From an uncultured delta proteobacterium (GTDB lineage: Bacteria; Myxococcota_A; Polyangia; Polyangiales; Polyangiaceae), in the NCBI GenBank assembly GCA_963716725.1, contig CAVQUB010000004.1, forward strand, positions 110,277-174,276: DNA of 64,000 nucleotides, given 5' to 3'. The notes under the pieces are model-generated. The model made no database searches. It had not been told where the DNA came from and worked only from the letters and a program-made list of their open reading frames with translations. Made by a program: the position numbers and the translations under genes. This document shows, piece by piece, positions 20,239-30,500 of this stretch (its first letter is position 1; each line of letters starts with the position of its first letter).

Positions 20239-20997
20239 TCAGCCGGCCGCGGCCCGCAGCTGATCGAGCAGCTCCGAGGGGTCGTCGCGCCGCATCAGCG
20301 CTTCACCGATCAGGGCCGCGTCGAGACCGGCCGCGGCCAGTACACGCACGTCGTCGGCGCTCTTCACCCCCGAGAGGTGCACCCGGGTGACCTCCGGCGA
20401 GAGTCCCGCGACGATGCGTCGGGCGCGGTCCTGATCCATCCGTAGGCTGTCGAGGTCCCGAGCGTTCACGCCGATCAGGTCGGCCCCCAGGGCGCAGGCC
20501 TGCTCGGCCTCGGCTTCGGTCGCGACTTCGACGAGCGGCGTCAGCCCACGAGTCCGAGCGGCGCCGAGCAACCTCGCCAGCTGTTCTTGATCGAGGCAGC
20601 GCGCGATCAACAGCACGGCGTCGGCGCCCAGGGCTCGCGCCCAGTCGAGCTGAACCTCGTCGATCACGAAGTCTTTGCACAGGATGGGGATCGAAGTAGC
20701 GGCCCGCGCTTCGCTCAGGTGCGCGAAGGCGCCATCGAAGTACTTGGCGTCGGTCAGCACGCTGATCATGCTCGCGCCGCCGTGTTCGTAGAGCCGTGCG
20801 CGCTGGCCCACTCCCAGCGCGGTCGAGAGTTGCCCCGCCGAGGGCGAGCGGCGCTTGATCTCGCAGATCAGGTGCAGCGGTCCGGGCGCCGAACGTCGAA
20901 GCGCGAGCGGTCGGGGCACGAAGCTCGATGCGGGAGCCGGCCCGAGTCGGTCGACCTCGAAGCGCTTGTGCGCGAGGATCTCCTGCAACCGGCTCAC
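20239..20997 (-). CDS. trpC: Indole-3-glycerol phosphate synthase
   Basis: EIKRRSPS, ISVLTD, PILCKDF, IGVNARDL. Confidence 0.95.
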   Translation of the reverse strand: MSRLQEILAHKRFEVDRLGPAPASSFVPRPLALRRSAPGPLHLICEIKRRSPSAGQLSTALGVGQRARLYEHGGASMISVLTDAKYFDGAFAHLSEARAATSIPILCKDFVIDEVQLDWARALGADAVLLIARCLDQEQLARLLGAARTRGLTPLVEVATEAEAEQACALGADLIGVNARDLDSLRMDQDRARRIVAGLSPEVTRVHLSGVKSADDVRVLAAAGLDAALIGEALMRRDDPSELLDQLRAAAG

Positions 20998-22003
20998 GCC
21001 CGCGCTTCCCGACGCCAGCGCTCGAGCAGCGCCAACGCGCGCCCGCTCACCAGCGCTTCCCGAGCGCGCTCCGCGGCACGCAGAGGTTCGATGCCCTCGA
21101 AGACCACCAACGCGGCGGCAGCGTTGAGCACGAACGCGTCGCGAGCCGGGTGCCCCGCGCCGGCCAAGACGCTTTGGATCGCGTGGGCGTTGTCGACCGC
21201 GCTTCCTCCCGCGATGGCGCTCGGTGGGCTCTCGCTCAGGCCGAAATCGGCCGGGCTCAACCGGAGCTCGCTGACGCGCCCCTGATCGAGGCAGCTCACC
21301 CGGGTCGGCCCGCAGGGGCTCACCTCGTCGAGTCCGTCTTCCCCTCGCACCACCCAGGCTCGCTCGACGCCGAGGCAGCCCAGCGTCCGAGCGAGCACCG
21401 GTCGGAGGGCGTCGTCGTAGGCGCCGAGCAGCTGATGGGTGGCGCGGGCGGGGTTCGCCAGGGGGCCGAGGCAGTTGAAGATGGTGCGGATCCCCAGCTC
21501 GCGCCGGGCCACGCCCCCATGCCGCATTGCTGGGTGATGGACCGGCGCCATCAAGAACGCGATGCCGACCTCACGGAGCAGTCGGGCGGCGGCGCTCGCC
21601 GGCAGATCCGTGGGGATGCCCAGGGCCTCGAGCACGTCCGCGCTGCCGGCCTGGCTCGAGACGGCGCGGTTGCCGTGTTTGGCCACGACGACGCCACAGG
21701 CGGCAGCGATGATCGCGGCGCCCGTCGACAGGTTGAGCGTGCCGCTGCCGTCGCCCCCGGTCCCACAGGTGTCGAGGACCGCTCCGAGGCCGTGCTGCAC
21801 CGGCACCATCGCGTCGCGGAGGGAGCGCGCGGCGGCCTCGATGACCTCGGCGCTCTCCCCGGTCAAGCGCAGCGCTACCGCGAAGCCGGCGACCTGCACC
21901 GGGGTCCATTCACCGCGCAAGATGGCGTCGAAGACCTCCCGCACGCGAGCGGGACCGATGCCTGCCGGCGCCGTCAGCTCGGCGAAGACTTGGGCGAAGC
22001 TGG

Positions 22004-22007
<4 letters not shown>
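20994..22007 (-). CDS. trpD: Anthranilate phosphoribosyltransferase
   Basis: DTCGTGGDG..NLST, AKHGNRAVSS..GSADVLE, RTIFN.LGPLANP. Confidence 0.96.
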
Positions 22008-22579
<572 letters not shown>

Positions 22580-22670
22580 GTCGCCGAAGGTGTCACCGCC
22601 GGCGGCCACGGTCAAACCTGCATCGCATGGAACTTAGAAGGCGCGGCAGCGACTCGCTACGATTGCGGTC

Positions 22671-22985
22671 ATGGACGAACGCCGTCGCTCCGCTCGCAAG
22701 GCCGTCGATGTGTTCTTGAACAAATTCATCGGCGGTTACCCCCACCTGTGCCGCGCCGTCGACATCTCGACGGAGGGCATCCAGCTCGTGGGATATCACG
22801 AGCCCGCCACGCGCATGGAGTCGTTCCAGCTCGAACTGCGCCTGCCGGGCGACGGCCACACGCTGTGGCTCTGGGCGCGTCGGATCTCGACCCGCGGGCG
22901 CAACCAGGTGCTCGAATTCGTGAGTCGGAGCGCCGAAGACGCCCACCGAATCGAGCGCTTCATGGCGTCGTACCAGCCCGCCTGA
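22671..22985 (+). CDS. PilZ-domain protein
   Basis: RRSAR (RxxxR) and DISTEG (DxSxxG). Confidence 0.85.
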   Translation: MDERRRSARKAVDVFLNKFIGGYPHLCRAVDISTEGIQLVGYHEPATRMESFQLELRLPGDGHTLWLWARRISTRGRNQVLEFVSRSAEDAHRIERFMASYQPA

Positions 22986-22986
22986 G

Positions 22987-23842
22987 TCAGTAGCCGTGCT
23001 CCCTCAGGAACTTCTCGATCCTGAGGTTCACCAGCTCCGGGTACTCGAGCGCGGCGTAGTGCGTCGCGCCGCGCACGACCAAGAATCTCTCCGCCCCGAA
23101 TGCGCCGCGCCATCTGCTGGGCGAGTTGTCGCGGAGTGAACGCGTCGCGGTCGCCCGTGATCACCAGGGTGGGGACCGCGATGGCATCGAGCACGTGCGC
23201 GGCGTCGTGGTCGCCGAGCTCTCGCAAGATCGAGAGGTAGCGGTCCAGGTTGACGCCGCCGAAGTCCGCGGCAATCTCCCGGAACAGGTCCTCGTCCATG
23301 GTGCCGCCGACGATGCCGAGCCGCTTGAGCCACATTACGGTCTCCGGCCACTGGGTTGCGCGGCGCAGCACCGACGAAGCGGTCTCGTGCACGCGCCGGA
23401 CCTGGTCCACGAGGCCAGGCACGATCCTCGAAGACAGGGGCACGCTCGTCGAGTGCAGCGGCCGGCCGAAGGTCCCGTTCACCAGCAGCAGGTGCGACAC
23501 CAGCTCGGGCCGGCGCTCGTACAGCTCCAAGATGACCTGGACCCCCATGCTCCAACCGACGAACGCCGCGCGCTCGATGCCCAGCGACTCGAGGACCGCC
23601 TCCAGGTCTTCGACGTGCCGCCCGACGTCGAGACGTGGCGAGTCGCCGGCCGGCACCGTGGATCCGTACAGGCCGCGGTAGTCCCAGCTGACGATCCGGT
23701 AGCGGTCGGAGAGGTAGTCGACCTGGTGCCGCCAGGACGCGAAGGGGCCGCCCAGGCCGTTGGCCAGCACGAGCGGTCGGCCCGAGCCGCCGGTGTCGTG
23801 GATGGCGATGCTGGCGCCGTCGCTGACGGAAAGGTTCGGCAT
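22987..23842 (-). CDS. Alpha/beta hydrolase; +1 frameshift near 23080 (probable sequencing error)
   Basis: WDYRG, GWSMG nucleophile, GDRD; catalytic His segment VVRGATHYAALEYPE continues in another frame to a stop at 22987. Confidence 0.88.
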
Positions 23843-24026
23843 GCGGCTCGAGGGCGCCTATATCGCCCGGGGGGAGCGCGGGCGACAACCCCAAAGCACC
23901 TGGGCGGGCGGCGCCGCGCAGCGCTCGCCAAGTTCAATCTTGCCCGGGGGATTTTTGCCAGATAGTGTGCCGGCGACCTTCCGCGCGGGCGATTCGAACG
24001 AACCGGAAGGCTCCTGAGCACCTGCA

Positions 24027-25145
24027 ATGGCCGAAGAAAAGAAGCCCAAGATCGATCTCAAGTCCCGCCTCGGGAAGAAGACCGTCAGCGCGCCTGGTGG
24101 CCCGACTATCCCGCCGCCCGTCGGCATGTTGGGAGGGTCCGTTCCCGTACCGCCCTTCGGATCGTCGCCGTCGCAACCCCAGCGACCCGCGGTGGACGCG
24201 TCCAACCCCTATTCATCCATCTCCGCTGATCAGTCGTCCGCGAGATCGGAACCTCAGGCGATCAAGATCGAGATGACCGAAGAGGTCGTCGCCGCCCAAA
24301 AGAAAGGGCGCGCCAAGGTGGTGGTGCTGGCTGCCATCACCGCCATGGTGGGTGGTCTCATCGGCTACGCCTTTGGCGGCGGAGTCGAGCGCGGCAAGTC
24401 GGCTGAGGCGGCGGTCACCGGCGCCGAAGAGCTCGCCAAAGAGGTCGAGGACGCTGCGAGCAAGATCGACGAGCTGGCGGAGGTGCTGAAGTCCGCCCAG
24501 AGCAAGCTCAAAGACAGCAAGTTCCCCGACGAAGAGGTGCAGAAGCTCGGCGCCATCGACATCCCCTTCAAGGGTGCGAACCTCACCGGCAAGGGCATCG
24601 GCCGGTTCAAGGCCGATATCGTGACCATGCTGATCAGCTTTGCCAGCGGCGCTCACGAGGCCAACGACGGCAAGGACAAGATCCGAAGCCTGCTCACCGG
24701 CGCCAAGCCCGCCATCGAAGATCTGCTCGCCCAGCAGACGACCCCCAAGGTTCGCTGGGGCACCTTCCTCGAGAACGGTCCGGGCGGCCCGTGGATGAGC
24801 ATGCAGCCGCTCCCGACTGCCTTCTTGGTTTCGAAAGAAAAAGAGAAGACCTACAAGTGGCCGGACGACTTCAAGATCGCCCAGGGCGGCAAGACCTTCA
24901 CGCTCAAGCGCTACTCGAGCGGTGATCCGACCAAGGCCAAGGCGGGTGAGCCCTACATCATCCCGGTCAATCCCCAGACGCAGAACGCCGTCTGCCCGTC
25001 GGATCTGGCCGTGCGTCTCCAGCGCGAGCTCCGGACTCTCGAAGAGGTGCTGCGTGGTGACAAGACGCCAGGCGCCGAGCGGGACGGACTGATCGACATG
25101 GGCACCGTCCTGGCTGACAAGCTCAAGGGCGTCGGGCGCCCCTGA
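24027..25145 (+). CDS. Hypothetical bitopic membrane protein
   Basis: Pro-rich N-terminus, one TM (VVVLAAITAMVGGLIGYAFG), coiled coil. Confidence 0.8.
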   Translation: MAEEKKPKIDLKSRLGKKTVSAPGGPTIPPPVGMLGGSVPVPPFGSSPSQPQRPAVDASNPYSSISADQSSARSEPQAIKIEMTEEVVAAQKKGRAKVVVLAAITAMVGGLIGYAFGGGVERGKSAEAAVTGAEELAKEVEDAASKIDELAEVLKSAQSKLKDSKFPDEEVQKLGAIDIPFKGANLTGKGIGRFKADIVTMLISFASGAHEANDGKDKIRSLLTGAKPAIEDLLAQQTTPKVRWGTFLENGPGGPWMSMQPLPTAFLVSKEKEKTYKWPDDFKIAQGGKTFTLKRYSSGDPTKAKAGEPYIIPVNPQTQNAVCPSDLAVRLQRELRTLEEVLRGDKTPGAERDGLIDMGTVLADKLKGVGRP

Positions 25146-25170
25146 GGCAGGGCAGCGCTTCGAGGGTGGG

Positions 25171-26490
25171 TCAGGCTGCGGAGACGCGGGTCGGCTTCGT
25201 GGACTCCGTGCCCTTCTGAACCGGTAGCTTCTCGATCTCGACCTGAATCACGCGCCGATCGTCCGCAGCCCGGACGTGGAACGAGAAGCCCTTGTCGGAG
25301 ATGCTCTCGCCGACGGCGGGCACACGACCGAGGCGCTCCAGGAGCAAGCCTCCGACGGTGTTGTAGTCGCCGTCCTCCGCGAACTCGGCGTCCAGACGGC
25401 GATTGACGTCGCCGATCGACACCGAGGCGTCGACCAGCAGGCGCCCCTCGGCGAGCTCCACGATGCTCTCCTCCTCGGAGTCGTGCTCGTCTTGGATGTC
25501 GCCGACGATCTCCTCGATCAGATCTTCCAGCGTGACGATGCCGCTCATGCCGCCGAACTCGTCGATCACGATGGCGAGGTGGTGGCGCCCGGCGCGCATG
25601 TCCTTCAAGACCTTGCTGGCCTCGTGCGTCTCCGGCACGAACGCCACTGGGCGCCTCAAGATAGTCTCCAAGCGCAGCGACTCGAGCCGCTCGCTCTGCG
25701 CGGCGAAGGTGAGGAGATCCTTGGCGTGCAGTACGCCCACCACGTTGTCGATGCGCTCTCGATATACGGGAAAGCGCGAGTGTCCGCTCTCGCGGACCTT
25801 GAGCAGGAGCTCCTCGGGCGGCACGTCGATGTCGAAGGCCATGACCCGGGTGCGAGGGACCATGGCCTCGCCCGCGGTCAGCTCGCCGAACTCGAGTACG
25901 TTTCGGACCATCTCGGCCTGGTCGTGGTCGATGGAGCCCGCGCGCTCGCCTTCGTCGACCAGGATTTCCATCTCGGTCTCGGTGACTCGCGGGGGCGGGA
26001 TGGTGTGCGCGGCCGTCACGACCCTGCGTCCCACCAGGCGACCCAGCAGCGCCAGCGGTGCGGCGAAGGGAGCCGCGAGCAGCTCGAAGGGCCGGAACAG
26101 GCGCAGCGCAATCACGGTCGCCCGCTCGGGCGCTCGCAGGGCGACGCCCTTGAGCACCTCGGCCGGCAGACCGTAGCCAATCACCGCTGCCAGCGCCGCG
26201 GCGAGCGGCGACCACGCTCCGAGCACGTGCCCGACCTGCTGGATGAGCAACGCAGCGCTGGTCGCGATTCCGACCACCCGAAGCACCAGCCACCGGGACT
26301 CCACTCGGCGTCCGTCCTCGATGTATCGCTCCAGCGCCGCGCGGCTGGCGCCCTCGAGGGTCTCTCGGAGCGCGGCCTTTCGCGGGCCCGAGAGCGCACC
26401 CAAGGCGGCGCTCGCCGCACCGAAGACAGAAACGAAGGCTGCAGGGACGGCGGCCAGTAGCAGGCCGAAGACGGTAGGTGGGGTGCTCAA
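25171..26490 (-). CDS. Hemolysin/CNNM family protein (DUF21-CBS-CorC); start uncertain
   Basis: MVPRT, HSRFPVY, LAIVIDEFGG..GIVTLEDLIEEIVGDIQDEHD, YNTVGG. Confidence 0.93.
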   Translation of the reverse strand: MSTPPTVFGLLLAAVPAAFVSVFGAASAALGALSGPRKAALRETLEGASRAALERYIEDGRRVESRWLVLRVVGIATSAALLIQQVGHVLGAWSPLAAALAAVIGYGLPAEVLKGVALRAPERATVIALRLFRPFELLAAPFAAPLALLGRLVGRRVVTAAHTIPPPRVTETEMEILVDEGERAGSIDHDQAEMVRNVLEFGELTAGEAMVPRTRVMAFDIDVPPEELLLKVRESGHSRFPVYRERIDNVVGVLHAKDLLTFAAQSERLESLRLETILRRPVAFVPETHEASKVLKDMRAGRHHLAIVIDEFGGMSGIVTLEDLIEEIVGDIQDEHDSEEESIVELAEGRLLVDASVSIGDVNRRLDAEFAEDGDYNTVGGLLLERLGRVPAVGESISDKGFSFHVRAADDRRVIQVEIEKLPVQKGTESTKPTRVSAA

Positions 26491-26597
26491 TGCCGGGGGC
26501 GTGTGGGGCGCCAATCCGGCACCCCCTCCAGGCACCAACCTTAGCGTCGGGGTGAGCAAACGCGCAACCCAGCCCGCGTGCGCACCGAGGGGGGAGG

Positions 26598-27197
26598 GTG
26601 ATTCTCCCTGGCCCGCTCCGCCGCGTCTCTCCGCCACCACCGGCAAATACCCAAAAGCACAAGGGAAAACCCCTGACGTTCCGGCTGGTTCTAGAAAAAC
26701 AGGTGGAGCAAAAGCTCCGCCCCGACCCGCGGGCGCTGCCCGAGACGGATGCGCCCCGCCGCGTCGACGCGACCAGGCACCCGGTGGACGAGCCGCTGCC
26801 GCGCGCCGTCGTCGAGACCGAACCGGCAGCGCTCGCGCCGGCCCAGCCCCTCGACCCGATGCTGGCAGCCCTGGCCGCTCCGATGAGCCGCGTCGCCGAG
26901 GCCCCGGTCCCCGTGCCCGGCCCCGGCCCCGGCGCGAATCCCTTGCCCGACGACTTGGCGCTCGAGCGCATCGTCAAGCGGCTGTCTTGGGGCGGCAACG
27001 GCAAGCGGGGTAGCGCACGCATCGAGCTCGGGGCCGGCAGCCTGGCCGGTGCCACGCTGCTCGTTCACGCTGAAGGTCGCGAGGTCACCATCGAAGTCGA
27101 AGGGGCCGACCCGTCGGCAGTCGAGGCGCTCGCACGACGCATCAGTCATCGCCTCGACCAGAAGGGGCTCAGCTTGCGCGAAGTTCGTCAGGGCTGA
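26598..27197 (+). CDS. Hypothetical protein with FliK/SctP C-terminal-like domain
   Basis: Pro-rich linker, then ARIELGAGSLAGATLLVH..GREVTIEV..LARRI..RL..KGL. Confidence 0.5.
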   Translation: MILPGPLRRVSPPPPANTQKHKGKPLTFRLVLEKQVEQKLRPDPRALPETDAPRRVDATRHPVDEPLPRAVVETEPAALAPAQPLDPMLAALAAPMSRVAEAPVPVPGPGPGANPLPDDLALERIVKRLSWGGNGKRGSARIELGAGSLAGATLLVHAEGREVTIEVEGADPSAVEALARRISHRLDQKGLSLREVRQG

Positions 27198-28064
27198 AAG
27201 CCGCGCACGACCCGCTGCTCGCCGGACGCTTCGGGCTGGCCGAGCGCGACGAGCGATCCTTGTTCCGAGAGCCAGGCGCTCACGCCCGAGTCGCTTGGCG
27301 AGCTCATGAAGTGCTCGGGCCCCAGCTTCTTGCCGCAGCGGGCGCGCGTCACGCCTTCCTGATTCAGGGTTGCAGTGGGCAGCGCACGGCTCGCGGCGAT
27401 CACCGTGGGCATCACCGGCCGAGCGGCGTCGAGGGGCCAGGTCGCGGCGTCGTCGAGGGTGAAGGTGCCGCTGGCAACGCGACGCAGCTCCGCGAGGTGG
27501 GCTGGCACGCCGAGGGCCGCGCCGAGATCCCGCGCCAGCGCCCGCACGTAGTAGCCCTTGGAGACTCGGAGATCGAGGGACACTCCGTGGTCGTTTGCCG
27601 AGAGCAGCCTCAGATTCCTGCAACGAAACCCCACGCGCTGGCAGTTCGAGGGGCTGGCCGCGACGTGCGGCCCGGTACGCGCGCTCACCGTCGACCTGGA
27701 TCGCGCTCACCGCCGGAGGAACTTGCGACTCGCGCTGGCTCTCGAGGCTCAAGGCTGCCGCCAGAGCCGCCTGATCGAGCCAGCCAGCGGGCAAGACCCG
27801 CTCCTCGGTCGTCTGTCCCAGGGCGTCCAGAGTGTCGGTGCTGCGCCCGAAGCCGACCGTGGCCAGGTAGCGCTTGGAAGCTGCGGTCAGGTACTGGCTC
27901 AGCTTGCAGGCTTCGCCGATCATCAAGACCAACACGCCGCTCGCCATCGGGTCGAGGGTGCCTGCGTGGCCGATCTCCCGCGTGCCGTAGACGCGTCGCG
28001 CGCGCGCCACCACGTCGTGGCTGGTGGGCCCCGAAGGCTTATCGACGACGAGCACTCCGTGCAC
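27188..28064 (-). CDS. truB: tRNA pseudouridine-55 synthase; frameshift near 27615 (probable error)
   Basis: VDKPSGPTSHDVV, GHAGTLDPMASGVL; VSKGYYVRALARDLG in a second frame. Confidence 0.93.
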
Positions 28065-28070
28065 GATCGT

Positions 28071-29324
28071 TCAACCGAGCCACACGCTCTGGCGCCGCGC
28101 GAGGCCGGCATCTACGAGCCGCTGAATCGTCGCCCGGACGCGCTCGGACAATCGCCCCACCAGGACGTGGTCGTCCGCGGCTTCGGGGCCGTAGCCCTCG
28201 AAGTGCATCGGTTCGCCGAACACGATCTGCCACTTGGTCGGCGCCGGCAGCAGGCCCAAGGGACCCAGCGCGGGGAAGGTGGGCGTGACGGGCAGGTAGG
28301 GCAGGCCGAGCAGCTTCGATACGCCCTCGACTCGGTAGAGCAGCGGCGCGGCTTCTTCGGCGCCGACGATGGCGCAGGGCACGACCGGCGTTTGGGTGCG
28401 CAAGGCCAGCCGAATGAAGCCGCCGCGACCGAAGCGCTGGAGCTGGTAGCGATGGCGATAGAGCTTGCCGATGCCCTTCACTCCTTCGGGAAAGACCGCC
28501 ACCAGGGCGTTCTGCCGGAGTAAGCGCTCGGCGTTCTCTTGGCACGCGCGCACGGCGCCGATGCGGTTCAGGAACGCGCCCGCGAAGGGCAGGTAGAAGA
28601 CGAAATCTTCGGCGAGCCAGCGCAGCTCCCGCGCGGAGGCGTGATCGAGGCGAAGTGCCGCGCGCAACATCACCCCGTCGAGCGGCAGGGTGCCCGAGTG
28701 GTTCGCGACGACCAGGCAGCGGCCGTCCGATGGGATTTGGTCGGCGCCTTGGGTCTCGACGCGAAAGTAGCGGCGATACAGAAAATCGATCACGGGCAAG
28801 AGCCGCGCCTCGTATTTTGGATCCAGCCCAAAGTCGTCGACGTCTTCGGAGCGATTGCGCATGCCGAGCCGACCCCACTGCCGCAGGTAGTAGTCACTCG
28901 AGATGAGCTCCCGCACGGCTTCGCCCGCGCCGGCGCCGCTTCCAGGTCGCTCGACGGGCACGCTGAGGCGCGCCGCCATCTTCTGCGCCGCAGACCCGAC
29001 TTGCTCACGCAAGCTGGGAGGCGGCGGCTCTTCGGTCGCGCCGCGGATCAGGCCGTCGAGACGCGCTTCCAGCGCTCGGATCTGCGCCTCGACGTCTTCG
29101 TCCGGGGCCGCCGCACGGGGCTTCTTCGCGCGCTCGGGGCTCGGTTTTCCCCAGTCGGTGTTGGGCGGCACCATGCGCGAGCCGATCCCGAGCTCGTCCT
29201 CGTCGATGGACTCTGGTGCCGGCTCCGAGGCAGGAGCCCGCTTCTTGGCGCTCGGCGCGCGTCGACGAGTCGCGGCGGGACGCGCGGCAGGCTTCGGCTT
29301 CGGAGCTTTTCGGCGCATGCTCAC
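28071..29324 (-). CDS. PlsC-family acyltransferase
   Basis: VDDFGLDP, VANHSGTLPLD, VFPEG, RFGRGGF. Confidence 0.9.
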   Translation of the reverse strand: MSMRRKAPKPKPAARPAATRRRAPSAKKRAPASEPAPESIDEDELGIGSRMVPPNTDWGKPSPERAKKPRAAAPDEDVEAQIRALEARLDGLIRGATEEPPPPSLREQVGSAAQKMAARLSVPVERPGSGAGAGEAVRELISSDYYLRQWGRLGMRNRSEDVDDFGLDPKYEARLLPVIDFLYRRYFRVETQGADQIPSDGRCLVVANHSGTLPLDGVMLRAALRLDHASARELRWLAEDFVFYLPFAGAFLNRIGAVRACQENAERLLRQNALVAVFPEGVKGIGKLYRHRYQLQRFGRGGFIRLALRTQTPVVPCAIVGAEEAAPLLYRVEGVSKLLGLPYLPVTPTFPALGPLGLLPAPTKWQIVFGEPMHFEGYGPEAADDHVLVGRLSERVRATIQRLVDAGLARRQSVWLG

Positions 29325-30404
29325 GCGGGGGTCTCCGGCAAGAGTCTCACGTCACGGAGGTGTTGTGCGCTCGCGTAGTCGATGACCGCTTCGCGTGTGG
29401 TGTAAACGGGCGAAAATCCCATCGCGCGCCCGGCTTGCTCTCCATCGGCAACACATACGTACTGAAGGTAGTCGAGCAGGGCCGGCGGCGCCTCGGACAG
29501 ATGCGCGAACCAGAGGGCGCTGACCACGGGCCCCGCAAGCGGGCGGGGCAGTGGAAGCGCCACCCGACCGGCGAGCTTCACCACCGTCGACAGCGGCAAG
29601 ACGCCGTCGGCGACGATGTTGAAGACGCCCGGCACGTCGTGGTCCACGGCCAGCTTGATGGCTGCGACGGCGTCCGCCTCGTGCACGAACTGCATCAGCG
29701 GATCGAAGCCGAGGATGGTGGGCACCAGTCGACGACTCAAGTACTGGGAGACGTAGTTGTTCACCGTGGGCCCGAGGATGGGCGCCGTTCGGAGGACGGT
29801 GACCACCCGCCCCTTGCCCGGCTTGCCGAAGCGCATCGCCTCGCTCTCGGCTTCGATTCTTGTCTGCGAAGAACGGGTCTTCGCGACGCGCACGCAGCGG
29901 ATGGCGCTCGGACAGAAAGTTGGGGTTCGTCGGGTGCGCGCCGTAGAGCACGGTCTGGCTCCACATCACGAGCTTCTGCACCTTGCTGCGCCGGCAGGCG
30001 TTGAGCACGTGCAGGGTCCCCACGCTCTCGAGCTCGTGGGCCCATGCGGTGGCGTGGGTGGGGGACGCCAAGAACGCCAGGTGCACCACCACGTCGACCC
30101 GCTCCGCCGTGAAGATCTCCGCCACGCGTTCTTCGGCGGTCGGCTGGGTCAGATCGACGTCGTACACCCGGGTCTTCTGACCTGCCGTCTCGGGTCGCTC
30201 GATGTCCAGGCTCACGATGCGGCCGATGCGGTCGTCTTCCTCGAGCAGCCCGATCAAGTTCTTGCCGAGGAACGAGCGGGCGCCCGTGACAGCGACGGAA
30301 CGCGTCGCTGCTGCCGGACGGGTCACGGCGCCTGTGGGGGGCAGGGCGGCGACGGTTCCGCCGGGGATCGCCTTCTTCGCCTCTTTCTGTCGGCCTCGAG
30401 CCAT
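29321..30404 (-). CDS. NAD-dependent epimerase/dehydratase; frameshift near 29859
   Basis: VAVTGARSFLG, VVHLAF, LYGA; MQFVHEAD in a second frame. Confidence 0.88.
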
Positions 30405-30500
30405 CGGACCGACACGGTAATCGAACCTGCGCGAAAGTGGGACCCCCGGAAAATGGGTTCGGGCCCTGCGCGTTGCCGCGGCCTCTGGTAGCTTTGAACC

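Noticed and set aside
27600..27625. Programmed frameshift in truB
   Set aside because: No slippery heptamer; resembles the other isolated indels
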